NCBI GenBank assembly: GCA_045401115.1
Contig: CP174359.1
Span: 213,691 to 277,690 of the forward strand
Direction: 5' to 3'
Source of the DNA: Candidatus Phycocordibacter aenigmaticus
GTDB taxonomy: Bacteria > Patescibacteriota > Minisyncoccia > Phycocordibacterales > Phycocordibacteraceae
Length of the DNA: 64,000 nt
The notes below the pieces were generated by a model. It did no database searches, had not been told where the DNA came from, and was given only the letters and a program-made list of their open reading frames with translations. Below are positions 19,510-29,904 of this stretch, one piece after another. The position numbers and the translations under genes are program-made. Position 1 is the first letter of the stretch, and each line of letters begins with the position of its first letter.

Positions 19510-20859
19510 GTGCAGCGTGTGTATACAAAAATAATTTTCTTTATATCGTTCTGTGTCATTGTCGGCGCGGCGGTGTATTCACTTACCACCCCTATCAAGG
19601 ACGAAGTCTTGGGTGTTTTTGAAAACAAAAACGTTTCATTACATGGTGTGGTGATACGTGATCCCGATATACGTGAAAACGCTATTCGGCTTACCGTTGC
19701 ACCAAAAACCGTAAACGGTCTATCAGTATCGAACGCAAAAAATGTGCTGGTGGTCACGAATCGATTCACTGAGGTGAGTTATGGCGATTATATTCTAGTC
19801 GAAGGGAAGTTACGCAAACCTGAACCATTCGAAACTGATTCCGGTCGCACATTCGACTACCCGCGGTATCTTTTTGCACACTCCATTTTTTATTCTATTC
19901 CATTTGCGGATGTGTCAGTGCAAAGTGTCGGACACGGTAATCAAATTTTCAGTGTTCTTTTCACAATGAAACATGCATTGATTCGCGGCATTGAACGTGC
20001 GCTTCCTGAACCGCATGCGGCACTTGCTGCAGGGCTTTTGCTGGGCGAAAAACAATCGCTCGGCAATCAGCTTTATGAAACGTTTATTGCATCAGGGTTG
20101 GTGCATATTATTGTTCTCTCAGGGTACAACGTTGCACTTGTTATTAACTCGGTGTTGTTTTTGACACTTCGTGTTTTGCCGCGCACCACAGGGTATGTCG
20201 TTGCGGTGGTGTTTGTATTAGGTTTCGCTATACTGACGGGCGCTTCTGAAACAACTGTTCGCGCCACTATCATGGCACTTTTTATGATGATTGCGCGCGT
20301 GCTACACCGTCCGGCAGTGGCGCTGCGTGGGCTACTTCTGGCCGCGGTCATAATGGCACTGTGGAATCCTTTTTTAGTACTGTACGACCTTTCGTTTCAG
20401 CTTTCAGTGCTCGCTACATTTGGACTTATTGTACTAAGTGATCCAATAAGTAAAAGGCTTGTATATATACCAAAACGTTTTGGATTACGTGAAATTACCG
20501 CAACGACACTCGCAACTCAAGTTGCAGTATTGCCACTTCTTGTACTCTCTATCGGCGCGGTGTCGCTTACATTTCTTCCGGCAAATGTACTCGTGTTGCC
20601 GTTGGTGCCACTCGCCATGTTGTTTTCTTTTATTGCAGCGCTTATCGCACTCACACTTCCGACAGTAGTGTTTCCGTTCGCGACTTTTGCGTACGGAGTG
20701 TTGGCGTACATAATGAATGTCTCTATATTTTTTGGAACACTACCGTTTGCGCTCATTACCATTCCATCGCATGTAACGTGGATGGTACTTTCAATTATTG
20801 TAGTGACGTACAGTGTGTATGGAGTTCACGCACTTAGGCGTTATAACGTTCAGAAATAA
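19510..20859 (+). CDS. comEC: ComEC/Rec2 competence channel, membrane part (DUF4131 plus competence domain, no MBL domain)
   Basis: 449 aa polytopic protein with the ComEC core motif GLVHIIVLSGYNVALV. Confidence 0.75.
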   Translation: MQRVYTKIIFFISFCVIVGAAVYSLTTPIKDEVLGVFENKNVSLHGVVIRDPDIRENAIRLTVAPKTVNGLSVSNAKNVLVVTNRFTEVSYGDYILVEGKLRKPEPFETDSGRTFDYPRYLFAHSIFYSIPFADVSVQSVGHGNQIFSVLFTMKHALIRGIERALPEPHAALAAGLLLGEKQSLGNQLYETFIASGLVHIIVLSGYNVALVINSVLFLTLRVLPRTTGYVVAVVFVLGFAILTGASETTVRATIMALFMMIARVLHRPAVALRGLLLAAVIMALWNPFLVLYDLSFQLSVLATFGLIVLSDPISKRLVYIPKRFGLREITATTLATQVAVLPLLVLSIGAVSLTFLPANVLVLPLVPLAMLFSFIAALIALTLPTVVFPFATFAYGVLAYIMNVSIFFGTLPFALITIPSHVTWMVLSIIVVTYSVYGVHALRRYNVQK

Positions 20860-21382
20860 TAGCGCCGTTGAGGTTATTAAACCACGCATCAATGTACTGC
20901 GCTTTTTCTGCTGGTGTGTAGTCCACCATAAATGCATGTTCCCACATATCGAGTGCGAGAAGAGTGGTGGTGTCATTGAGCTGGCCGAGTTCATGATCAG
21001 AAACCCAATGGACAAATAGGTTTTCATTTGTATTATCTTTTGAAACGAGTGTCCATCCAATGCCACGCATTGAAGCGGTACGTTTTATATCATCTTTGAG
21101 TGCGGCTATCGGATCTGGTAGAGGAGTAGGTTCACCTTCCCACTGGCTAAAGTAGTGTTCATGCATGCGCATACCGTTCCACTCAAAACCGAGTCGACGT
21201 GTCACTTCTGCTAAAGCATACGCGTTTTTTTCAGGATCTTGCTTTAGGTCTTCTTGCACTTCAGTGAGTAGGTTTACGTGTTTTACGTAGCCTTCATATA
21301 ATTTAATATGTACATCGAGTTGTTTTTGAGAAATACCATCTAGGTTGCCAAAAGAAAATTGTTGCGCGGAATAGTGTTTCAT
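20834..21382 (-). CDS. sodA: Fe/Mn superoxide dismutase
   Basis: 182 aa with metal-ligand contexts HHxxHH-like, DMWEHAF and YxxxW, typical of the SOD Fe/Mn family. Confidence 0.8.
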   Translation of the reverse strand: MKHYSAQQFSFGNLDGISQKQLDVHIKLYEGYVKHVNLLTEVQEDLKQDPEKNAYALAEVTRRLGFEWNGMRMHEHYFSQWEGEPTPLPDPIAALKDDIKRTASMRGIGWTLVSKDNTNENLFVHWVSDHELGQLNDTTTLLALDMWEHAFMVDYTPAEKAQYIDAWFNNLNGAIISERYNA

Positions 21383-21492
21383 AATATTGGATATTTATTT
21401 TTTAATAACGAGCATTCCGAAGTTTTTCAGAATTCTTATATTTCCAAGTGTAGCATGATGCTGTTTATTTTATCTGTGCGTACAATGAAGAG

Positions 21493-22323
21493 ATGATGCG
21501 CATCGCAGTACTCGGTCTATTGGTCGTAATAAATATTATTATTTTTACGTTTCCTACCCCAAATGGACTGTCGGTTTCGTTTTTTGATGTGGGTCAGGGT
21601 GATGCAATATTTATTGAAGGTCCACGTGGTGCGCAGGTACTTATCGACGGCGGGAGTACACGAGCAGTATTGCGTCGTTTGAATGAACGAATGCCGTTTT
21701 TTGATCGTGCACTCGAAGCAGTGGTTGCTACGCATCCCGATCAGGATCATATTGGAGGTTTAGTTGATGTTGTGCAGCGGTATTCTGTTGGAGTGTGGTT
21801 TGACTCTGGTGCGAAGAATGACACAGCAGTGTATCGAGCGCTTTGGAGAGCGCAACAAGGTCAACAACAAAACATACACCGTGTGGTCACTCCTGTGCGT
21901 ATCATGCTTGGAGGCACTGCGTATGCGGATGTATTGTTTCCAAATCAACCACTTAACAATATTTCAAGCAACGCATCGTCAATTATCATTCGGGTTGTGT
22001 ATGGTGACACCTCATTTCTTTTCACAGGAGATGCGCCGGCTTCTGTTGAGCGGGTATTGGTAGCGATGTATGGCAGTACGCTCAATAGCACAGTATTAAA
22101 GGTAGGACACCATGGCTCAAAAACATCATCAGACCCGCAGTTTATAGATACGGTACAACCTGAAGCGGTGGTGTACTCCAGAGGGTGTGACAATAGATAC
22201 GGTCATCCGCATCCGGATGTTGTTGAGCGTTTCAATGCACGCGGTATACAAACGTATGACACGTGTGAAGACGGCACCGTTACTTTTCATTCAAACGGAA
22301 GCGCAGTATCTGTAAAGAAATAG
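21493..22323 (+). CDS. ComEC-type metallo-beta-lactamase domain protein (the separated C-terminal part of ComEC)
   Basis: Motifs FFDVGQGDA, THPDQDHIGG, KVGHHGS and YGHPH match the ComEC MBL domain. An N-terminal TM helix is present. Confidence 0.75.
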   Translation: MMRIAVLGLLVVINIIIFTFPTPNGLSVSFFDVGQGDAIFIEGPRGAQVLIDGGSTRAVLRRLNERMPFFDRALEAVVATHPDQDHIGGLVDVVQRYSVGVWFDSGAKNDTAVYRALWRAQQGQQQNIHRVVTPVRIMLGGTAYADVLFPNQPLNNISSNASSIIIRVVYGDTSFLFTGDAPASVERVLVAMYGSTLNSTVLKVGHHGSKTSSDPQFIDTVQPEAVVYSRGCDNRYGHPHPDVVERFNARGIQTYDTCEDGTVTFHSNGSAVSVKK

Positions 22324-22361
22324 GGCTCCATATCGGTATGCTTTTTATATGTTCGGACTTG

Positions 22362-22394
22362 GAAAAGAAAAACCCGGCAGTTCCGGGTTTTTCT
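22362..22394. terminator. bidirectional terminator hairpin (ACCCGGCAGTTCCGGGT)
   Basis: GC hairpin with flanking A and T runs between the comEC-MBL gene and rpmB. Confidence 0.55.
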
Positions 22395-22395
22395 T

Positions 22396-22641
22396 TTATT
22401 TTACAATTCCTGCTTTCTTGAGTGTTGCGTAGGCGCCACGCTTTGCAATAGTTTTGAGTGCCTTTGCAGAAAGAGTGAGAGAGAATGTTTTGTCGAGCTC
22501 AGGAACATATACCTTTCGCTTTTGAAGGTTTGCATGACGGCGCACTTTCCCACAAGGATTGTACTGCGTCGCACGAGTTCTGTTGGAATAGCGCCCTCCT
22601 ACGAGAGACCTCTTTCCAGTTACTGCACATTCTTTTGACAT
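22396..22641 (-). CDS. rpmB: 50S ribosomal protein L28
   Basis: 81 aa basic protein with C-terminal LSAKALKTIAKRG, like bL28. Confidence 0.7.
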   Translation of the reverse strand: MSKECAVTGKRSLVGGRYSNRTRATQYNPCGKVRRHANLQKRKVYVPELDKTFSLTLSAKALKTIAKRGAYATLKKAGIVK

Positions 22642-22704
22642 AGTGATTGGTACTGTACCACAGCGTTTTTTTGCTGTCTATATTATAAAAATACGTATTC
22701 TGTG

Positions 22705-23412
22705 TCAGGTTTTTGGTACACGCTCTAGATACACACTCGCTGTTCGACGTTTCCATGCTTTCCCACGCTTATTAATATGTTTATGAGAACGTTCCAGTTT
22801 ATGTATCGTAAAGTACGGTTCATAAAAATCATAGATATCAGACTCCCACGAAACATATTCAGGTATTTTAATCTCCGGATGTATATATGTTCCTTCTTCG
22901 GTGCCCGGAAACTCCTTAAGGAGTGCTTCGGCATTTCTATCGCCATCACGCAGAAAAGTTTTAAAGAAAAGCCATCCGCCGGGCTTGAGAACGCGAAAGA
23001 TTTCAGCGCGAAGCGCTTCACGCTCTGCACGATTCAGCACATGTGAGGCCATCATGTCGAGTGCAATAGTTACTGATTCATCAGGAAGCGGGATTGGTTC
23101 AGAAAGAGAGCGTTTTTCAAATTCAAGCGGTAACCCTTCAGCCGCTGTTCGCGCTGCTTTTATGGCCTCATCAGAAAGGTCATACCCAAAACCGTGCATA
23201 CCAAACTCGCGTGCAAGGAATATAGCGTTCCTGCCGTTACCGCACCCAACATCAACCAGTTTTGTGGTGACATTTAATAATTGTTTTCCGCTCTTTCTTT
23301 GTAGGAAACGAGTGAATTTTTCCAAGTCCTCAGAATGAGTGTCAGACATCGCTAAATGTGAAGCCTGTGCGTATTCTTTTTCCCAGAAATTTTTCTGTTT
23401 TTTCCGTGGCAT
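22705..23412 (-). CDS. class I SAM-dependent methyltransferase
   Basis: Motif I VDVGCGNGRNA and a post-I acidic residue. The start is taken at MPRKKQKN (23412) rather than the track start at 23649. Confidence 0.65.
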   Translation of the reverse strand: MPRKKQKNFWEKEYAQASHLAMSDTHSEDLEKFTRFLQRKSGKQLLNVTTKLVDVGCGNGRNAIFLAREFGMHGFGYDLSDEAIKAARTAAEGLPLEFEKRSLSEPIPLPDESVTIALDMMASHVLNRAEREALRAEIFRVLKPGGWLFFKTFLRDGDRNAEALLKEFPGTEEGTYIHPEIKIPEYVSWESDIYDFYEPYFTIHKLERSHKHINKRGKAWKRRTASVYLERVPKT

Positions 23413-23434
23413 GGCAATGAATAGATAGTGGTTT

Positions 23435-24172
23435 TTATTGCTTAGAGCGCCATTCGTAAAAGGCAATAGCTGCCGAAGTGCCGGCGTTAAGTGATTCAGC
23501 GTTCTCACTAATAGGAATGCGCAGTACCGCATCACAGTGCTCACTGGTTTTTGCACGAATGCCTTGCGCTTCATTTCCAACAATAAATACTGAGTTACCG
23601 GTAAAATCTTCATCGCGGATAGTACGCGCGCCGTCCCCTGCAAGGCCATATACCCAGAAGCGTTTGTCTTTGAGCTCTCGCACTGTTTGATTTACATTGC
23701 CGATGGCAATAAGAGGAATACGAAAAGCGGTCCCTACTGAGGCCTTTATCACCGAACTAGTTATTTGTGCTTGTCGGTCTTTAGGAATAAGCACACCATG
23801 CATACCGAAGGCAGCAGCTGAGCGAATAATAGAGCCAACGTTTTGTGGATCTTGTACTTCACCAAGGAGTACAAGTCCAACGCCTTTTTCTTGAGCAAGT
23901 GTTTCCTCAAGAGAGGGGAGGTCGGTCATAAGTTCGTCGAGATTCACGAGTGCTGCCACGTGTTGATGTACTGCTTCGTCGCCAATACGTTTTGAGATTT
24001 TCTGCTCATCAAACCGCTCTCTAAAAATACCCTTATTTTTAGCGCGCGAATCAAGTTCCGGATATTGTAGGGGGTCAAGGAATACTTTTTCCACTACGTC
24101 AGGCCGATACGAGAGTGCTTCTGCGACTGGGTGTTTCCCATAGATGTATATTTTATTCATTGTTCTTGACAT
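23435..24172 (-). CDS. rlmB: SpoU/TrmH-family RNA 2'-O-methyltransferase (RlmB-like)
   Basis: 245 aa with an N-terminal SpoU_sub_bind-like region and SPOUT motifs LLGEVQDPQNVGSIIRSA, VFIVGNEAQG and LNAGTSAAIAFYE. Confidence 0.8.
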   Translation of the reverse strand: MSRTMNKIYIYGKHPVAEALSYRPDVVEKVFLDPLQYPELDSRAKNKGIFRERFDEQKISKRIGDEAVHQHVAALVNLDELMTDLPSLEETLAQEKGVGLVLLGEVQDPQNVGSIIRSAAAFGMHGVLIPKDRQAQITSSVIKASVGTAFRIPLIAIGNVNQTVRELKDKRFWVYGLAGDGARTIRDEDFTGNSVFIVGNEAQGIRAKTSEHCDAVLRIPISENAESLNAGTSAAIAFYEWRSKQ

Positions 24173-24229
24173 TACACCAAAACTCAGTATTTTAAAAGCT
24201 TTCTACCTACCATATACCCCCAACATCAT

Positions 24230-24251
24230 GGTCAACACCTGGGTGTTGACC
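24230..24251. repeat. REP-like palindrome GGTCAACACCTGGGTGTTGACC (third copy of the core flanking the RAYT gene)
   Basis: Same core as the palindromes at 33847-33886 and 34656-34689. Confidence 0.7.
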
Positions 24252-24257
24252 AGACAT

Positions 24258-24284
24258 AAACGGCTCATCCCAATGAGCCGTTTA
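24258..24284. terminator. hairpin AAACGGCTCATCCCAATGAGCCGTTTA (member of a repeated hairpin family)
   Basis: Near-identical hairpins with a GGCTCA/TGAGCC stem also occur at about 51933 and 57064. Confidence 0.5.
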
Positions 24285-24351
24285 TGTTCCATCTTTTGTT
24301 ATGTGTGCCAAACCGGTCATTGAACTGAGGAAGTGGGGATAGGGGTTATAT

Positions 24352-25008
24352 GTGCGTTATACTAGGTGCATGTCTCCGGAAATTGCACTTATTGCCATTG
24401 TTATTGTCATTCTCTCCATTATTTTCCATGAAGTGGCACATGGTTATATTGCCAACATGCTTGGTGATCCGACGGCACGTCTGCAGGGACGGCTTACCCT
24501 AAACCCTATTCCACACATTGACCCGGTTGGCTCTGTGCTGATTCCCGGTATTCTTCTACTTTCCGGCACCCCGTTCCTTATCGGGTGGGCAAAACCGGTG
24601 CCATATAACCCCTATAACCTCCGCTATGGTAAGTGGGGTGAAACGCTCGTATCCGCAGCGGGCCCTGCAGTGAATATCCTTATCGCTGCATTGTTTGCGC
24701 TTCTTATTCGTCTTGATCTCATCACTTCACCTGTCTTCTTTCAAGTAGCGGTATTGGCTATTTTTGCTAATATTGCGCTTGCTATCATTAACCTTATTCC
24801 TATCCCACCGCTTGATGGTTCAAAAATTCTCCGCGCGGTGTTGCCGAGTCAAGCTGCGCTTTCATACGCACGTCTAGAGCAAATGACCTACGCGTTGGGT
24901 CCATTTGGTCTGATCGGTATTCTCCTTCTTCTTGTTTTTGTGTTCAGCGACGCGGTGTTTGCGTTAGTACGCGGTATATTCACCCTATTAACAGGGGTGT
25001 CACTTTAG
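24352..25008 (+). CDS. site-2 protease family (peptidase M50) membrane metalloprotease
   Basis: HEVAHGY zinc motif within a TM helix, with a polytopic S2P-like layout. Confidence 0.75.
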   Translation: MRYTRCMSPEIALIAIVIVILSIIFHEVAHGYIANMLGDPTARLQGRLTLNPIPHIDPVGSVLIPGILLLSGTPFLIGWAKPVPYNPYNLRYGKWGETLVSAAGPAVNILIAALFALLIRLDLITSPVFFQVAVLAIFANIALAIINLIPIPPLDGSKILRAVLPSQAALSYARLEQMTYALGPFGLIGILLLLVFVFSDAVFALVRGIFTLLTGVSL

Positions 25009-25106
25009 AACACACGCCTATTTTGATTTAGGTGTTGCGTTTTTATGTATCGGATAGTATAGTTCCCTCAATCCATTTTCGGTGGATTTTTTTGTTCAAT
25101 GTCGCT

Positions 25107-25514
25107 ATGGCTACTATCAATCAACTAACAAAAAAAGGACGTAATCGCAAAACACGGAAAGCAAAAACCGTGGCGCTTCAGCGTGGTTTTAATACTATTA
25201 AGAACAAGCGAACCTACTACGATTCACCATTCAAGCGTGGTGTATGTACTAAGGTAACGACCACCACTCCCCGAAAACCTAACTCAGCTATTCGAAAGAT
25301 TGCGCGTGTGCGTCTTTCAAACAACATGGAAGTAACCGCATATATTCCTGGTGTCGGCCATAACCTACAGGAGCACTCTGTGGTGTTGCTTCGTGGCGGT
25401 CGCGTGAAAGACGTGTCTCTTCGCTACACCGTTGTACGCGGTAAGTTAGATGCTTCAGGCGTTGAAGGTCGTAATCGCAGTCGCTCTAAATATGGCGCAA
25501 AGCGAGATAAATAA
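25107..25514 (+). CDS. rpsL: 30S ribosomal protein S12
   Basis: Starts MATINQL and continues with [16 protein letters not shown] and [13 protein letters not shown]. Confidence 0.9.
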   Translation: MATINQLTKKGRNRKTRKAKTVALQRGFNTIKNKRTYYDSPFKRGVCTKVTTTTPRKPNSAIRKIARVRLSNNMEVTAYIPGVGHNLQEHSVVLLRGGRVKDVSLRYTVVRGKLDASGVEGRNRSRSKYGAKRDK

Positions 25515-25537
25515 TACGTAAACGATTAAGTACTACT

Positions 25538-26008
25538 ATGCGACGACCAGTAAAGAAAACTCATACCGTTTCTGCCGACGAGCGATATAACTCAGAATTG
25601 CTTGCGCGTTTTATTAATGCGCTCATGCTTGATGGGAAGAAATCAGTTGCGCGCAGCATCGTATACGATGCGCTTGATGAAATTAAAAATCGCGACAATA
25701 GCGCTGACCCTCTCGCAGTATTTGATATGGCGATTCAAAACGTATCACCATCAGTTGAGACGCGCTCACGTCGTGTTGGTGGTGCAAACTACCAGGTTCC
25801 GGTTGAAGTGCGTCCTGATAGACGTCGTGCATTGGCGTTTCGTTGGATTCTAAAGGCAGCGCGTGGCACGAAAGGTCGTGCTATGCATAAAAAACTTGCC
25901 GATGAGTTCATTGCTGCATCAAAAAGCGAGGGCGCTGCTATTAAGAAGCGCGAAGATGTGCATAAGATGGCGGAGGCGAACCGAGCCTTTGCTCATCTAT
26001 CATGGTAA
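25538..26008 (+). CDS. rpsG: 30S ribosomal protein S7
   Basis: 156 aa with S7 motifs LMLDGKKS and YQVPVEVRPDRRRALA. Confidence 0.9.
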   Translation: MRRPVKKTHTVSADERYNSELLARFINALMLDGKKSVARSIVYDALDEIKNRDNSADPLAVFDMAIQNVSPSVETRSRRVGGANYQVPVEVRPDRRRALAFRWILKAARGTKGRAMHKKLADEFIAASKSEGAAIKKREDVHKMAEANRAFAHLSW

Positions 26009-26206
26009 TCATGTTATGATTTTGACGCAGCACTTCGTTGCCGGCGTCAGAAATGTATTCACTGTAGAAGAAACTACACCTCACACATTTCTTCCTTTGC
26101 GCCTTGTTCTGCATTCAAAATCATACACATGACCCTTTTATAAGCCTGTTGTTTTGTCAGGCATACTATAATTACTTATTACAACATTACTTAAATTAAA
26201 AAACGT

Positions 26207-28354
26207 ATGGCACGAGAATATCCATTAGAAAAACTTCGTAACTTCGGCATTATCGCCCACATTGATGCGGGTAAAACTACCACATCTGAGCGTGTGTTGT
26301 TCTACACCGGTATGAGTCATAAGATCGGTGAAGTGCATGATGGTGCAACAGTTACCGACTGGATGGAACAGGAACGTGAGCGTGGTATTACCATTACCGC
26401 GGCAGCTATCTCGTGTTCATGGGTGAAGACCTACGACAATCAGTTGGATGCTGATAAGCGCTACGGATTTAATATTATTGATACCCCAGGTCACATTGAC
26501 TTCACCGCTGAAGTGCAGCGTTCTATGCGCGTACTCGATGGCGCAATTGTTGTATTTGACGGTGTTGCCGGTGTTGAGCCACAAACAGAAACCAACTGGC
26601 GCTATGCAGACGACGGAAACGTGCCACGCCTCTGTTTCATTAATAAACTCGACCGTACTGGTGCTTCGTTTGAGCGTTCATACCAATCAATTCTTAATCG
26701 GTTGACCAAGGACGCGGTACGTATGCAACTACCAATCGGCGAAGAAGAGAACCATGAAGGAATTGTAGATCTTCTTACTCGTCAATCAGTATATTTCAAG
26801 GGTGAGCTCGGACGAGACGTAGAATACTCAGATGAGATCCCAGCAAACATGAAGGACGATGTTGAGAAATATCGTGCTGAACTCATTGAAAAGATTGTTG
26901 AACATGACGAAGAAATGATGAGTGCATATCTTGACGGTACTGAGCCATCAGTTGATGATCTTAAGAAAGTGCTCCGCAAAGCGGTGATTGCTAACACTAT
27001 TGTGCCAGTGTTCACTGGTTCAGCACTTAAGAACAAAGGTGTACAGCTCGTACTCGATGCTGTTGTAGATTACCTTCCATCTCCTATTGATGTACCACCA
27101 GTAACTGGTATTGATCCAAAAACTGAAGAAGAGATTGAACGAAAACCATCAAACGAAGAGCCTTTTGCGGCACTTGCCTTTAAGGTACAGACAGACCCAT
27201 TCGTTGGTACGCTAACTTTCTTCCGGGTATACTCAGGTAAAGTTGAGGCAGGGTCGTACGTATACAACGCAACAACTGGTTCAAAAGAGCGTCTCTCACG
27301 TCTTGTACGCCTCCAGGCAGATAAACGTGAAGAAATATCAGAAGTACATGCAGGTGAAATCGCCGCAGCGGTTGGGTTGAAGGAAACCAAAACCTCTCAT
27401 ACATTGTGTGATGAAAAGAATCCAATCGTTCTTGAGGAGATTACCTTCCCAGAACCAGTGGTGTCGGTGCGTGTAGAACCTAAAACAAAAGCAGACCAAG
27501 AAAAACTTGGTGTCGCGCTTAAGAAACTTTCTGATGAAGATCCTACGTTCCGTGTATCAGGAGATGAGGAAACAGGAGAAACTATCATTGCCGGTATGGG
27601 TGAGCTTCATCTCAGTATTCTTATTGACCGCATGAAGCGCGAATTCAACGTGGAAGCCAACACAGGACAGCCACAGGTAACATATCGCGAAACTATCCAA
27701 CGATCAGCTGATGCGAATCATAAGTATGTAAAACAGACTGGTGGTAAAGGTCAGTACGGACATGTAGTGCTTACTATAAAACCGCTTGAGCCGCTTGCCG
27801 AAGACGCAAAAATAGCGAAGAATGTGACTCGCGAAGATCACTTTGAGTTTGTAAACAGTATTAAGGGTGGAGTTATCCCACAGGAATACATCCCTGCTGT
27901 TGAAAAAGGTATTCGTGAAGCTATGGAGCGCGGTATTGTCGCTGGGTATAAGATGGTAGATATTTCTGTTGAACTCACCGATGGTTCATACCATGATGTC
28001 GACTCTTCTGAAATTGCCTTTAAGATCGCTGGTATTAATGCCTTTAAAGAAGCTGCTGTTCAAGCAAAGCCAGTGCTTCTTGAGCCAATTATGAAGGTTG
28101 AAGTGGTAGTACCAGAGAAGTTTATGGGTGATGTAAATGGTTCAATCACTTCAAAGCGCGGTACTATTGAGTCAATGGAAGACCGCGGTATGGATAAAAC
28201 CATCAATGCGATGGTCCCACTCTCTGAAATGTTTGGGTATACTACACAGCTTCGTTCTATGACCGAAGGTCGTGGTGGTATGACTATGCAATTTGACCAC
28301 TACGCAGTGGTGCCACCAAACGTTGCTGAAGAGATTAAAACTTCTCGTAGCTAA
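26207..28354 (+). CDS. fusA: elongation factor G
   Basis: 715 aa with G domain AHIDAGKTTTSERVLFYTG, DTPGHIDF and NKLD, and EF-G domains II to V. Confidence 0.95.
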   Translation: MAREYPLEKLRNFGIIAHIDAGKTTTSERVLFYTGMSHKIGEVHDGATVTDWMEQERERGITITAAAISCSWVKTYDNQLDADKRYGFNIIDTPGHIDFTAEVQRSMRVLDGAIVVFDGVAGVEPQTETNWRYADDGNVPRLCFINKLDRTGASFERSYQSILNRLTKDAVRMQLPIGEEENHEGIVDLLTRQSVYFKGELGRDVEYSDEIPANMKDDVEKYRAELIEKIVEHDEEMMSAYLDGTEPSVDDLKKVLRKAVIANTIVPVFTGSALKNKGVQLVLDAVVDYLPSPIDVPPVTGIDPKTEEEIERKPSNEEPFAALAFKVQTDPFVGTLTFFRVYSGKVEAGSYVYNATTGSKERLSRLVRLQADKREEISEVHAGEIAAAVGLKETKTSHTLCDEKNPIVLEEITFPEPVVSVRVEPKTKADQEKLGVALKKLSDEDPTFRVSGDEETGETIIAGMGELHLSILIDRMKREFNVEANTGQPQVTYRETIQRSADANHKYVKQTGGKGQYGHVVLTIKPLEPLAEDAKIAKNVTREDHFEFVNSIKGGVIPQEYIPAVEKGIREAMERGIVAGYKMVDISVELTDGSYHDVDSSEIAFKIAGINAFKEAAVQAKPVLLEPIMKVEVVVPEKFMGDVNGSITSKRGTIESMEDRGMDKTINAMVPLSEMFGYTTQLRSMTEGRGGMTMQFDHYAVVPPNVAEEIKTSRS

Positions 28355-28365
28355 TTTAATCCGAT

Positions 28366-28400
28366 TTTCCAAAAAACACCCTCACCAGAGGGTGTTTTTT
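28366..28400 (+). terminator. rho-independent terminator after fusA (CACCCTCACCAGAGGGTG followed by T-run)
   Basis: Hairpin plus T7 run directly after the fusA stop. Confidence 0.6.
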
Positions 28401-28550
28401 GTTTTATGAGCGTATATTCGACTCGTTATATGAGGTACACACTTCTCGCATGCCTTTTTCTCAATTACGCGTAGCGGTGTGTTGTAGGGAAATTCTTTTC
28501 GCAAAAGAGGTGTATGTGAATGAATAGCGCACGGTAGCGTATTATTTTTC

Positions 28551-28579
28551 TTGCATTCCGTTGGGCTTTACCGTAGTAT
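28551..28579 (+). promoter_or_regulatory. sigma70-like promoter candidate for tuf (TTGCAT, 17 bp spacer, TAGTAT)
   Basis: Consensus-like hexamers with a 17 bp spacer lie about 100 nt upstream of tuf. Confidence 0.4.
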
Positions 28580-28682
28580 AGGTCGTAACGCTTCACGCGT
28601 GTTTTCGCTTTGCTCAACTATTGCCTCGGCGTTGGTGAGCTTTGCGCAGTTTATTCGTTATTAGTAACAATTACGTAAATAT

Positions 28683-29879
28683 ATGGCAGAATTTGATCGT
28701 TCCAAGGCACACGTAAACGTAGGTACTATTGGTCACGTTGACCACGGTAAAACTACGTTGACCGCCGCTATCCTCAATGTCTTACACAAAGCAGGGGATG
28801 GTTTTGATGCGAACGTAAAGGATGTTGGTGCAATTGACAACGCACCTGAAGAGAAAGACCGTGGTATTACCATTTCGCTTTCTCACTCAGAGTACGAAAC
28901 ACCAACAAAACACTACGCGCACATCGACGCCCCAGGACACGCAGACTACATTAAGAACATGATTACCGGTGCGGCTCAAATGGACGGCGCAGTCCTTGTT
29001 GTTGCTGCTACTGACGGTGTGATGCCACAGACTCGTGAGCACATCTTGCTTGCTCGTCAGGTAGGCGTCCCTCGCGTTATCGTATTCCTCAACAAAGTAG
29101 ACATGGTTGACGACAATGACCTTGTTGACCTCGTTGAAGAAGAGGTACGTGAACTCCTTACCAAGTACGAATTCGATGGAGAAAATGCTCCAGTGGTTCG
29201 TGGTTCAGCGCTTAAAGCGCTTGAGAATTCTGAGCCAGGTAATGAATGGTCAGATAAAATTATTGAACTTGCTAAGGCGCTTGATGATTACATTCCGGTT
29301 CCTGAGCGTGACACTGACAAACCATTCCTTATGCCGATTGAGGACATTTTCTCAATTGAAGGACGCGGTACCGTGGTAACTGGTAAAGTAACTCGCGGTA
29401 AAGTAACTGTTGGTGAAGAAGTAGAGATCGTTGGTATCAAAGACACTTCAAAAACTACTGTGACTGGGGTTGAAATGTTCAACAAACAGCTCCAAGAAGC
29501 AATGGCTGGTGACAACGCAGGTATTCTCCTTCGTGGCTTGAAGAAAGAAGACGTACACCGTGGTCAGGTGCTTGCTGCAACTGGCTCAGTGACTCCACAT
29601 ACCGAGTTTGAAGCAGAGGTATACATCCTCTCTAAGGAAGAAGGTGGTCGTCACACCCCATTCTTCACTGGTTACAAACCTCAGTTCTACGTAGGTACGA
29701 CCGACGTAACTGGCGAAGTAACGCTTGCAGAAGGTACTGAGATGGTAATGCCAGGCGACACCGCAACCTTTAAGGTAAAGCTTGTTGCTCCTATTGCGCT
29801 TGAAGAGAATCAGCGATTCTCAGTGCGCGAAGGTGGTAAAACCGTTGGTGCGGGAGTGGTAACTAAGATTGTTGCCTAA
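28683..29879 (+). CDS. tuf: elongation factor Tu
   Basis: 398 aa with [21 protein letters not shown] and NKVD. Confidence 0.95.
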   Translation: MAEFDRSKAHVNVGTIGHVDHGKTTLTAAILNVLHKAGDGFDANVKDVGAIDNAPEEKDRGITISLSHSEYETPTKHYAHIDAPGHADYIKNMITGAAQMDGAVLVVAATDGVMPQTREHILLARQVGVPRVIVFLNKVDMVDDNDLVDLVEEEVRELLTKYEFDGENAPVVRGSALKALENSEPGNEWSDKIIELAKALDDYIPVPERDTDKPFLMPIEDIFSIEGRGTVVTGKVTRGKVTVGEEVEIVGIKDTSKTTVTGVEMFNKQLQEAMAGDNAGILLRGLKKEDVHRGQVLAATGSVTPHTEFEAEVYILSKEEGGRHTPFFTGYKPQFYVGTTDVTGEVTLAEGTEMVMPGDTATFKVKLVAPIALEENQRFSVREGGKTVGAGVVTKIVA

Positions 29880-29904
29880 GGAAGGTACTCACGAGAAGAT
29901 ATCT

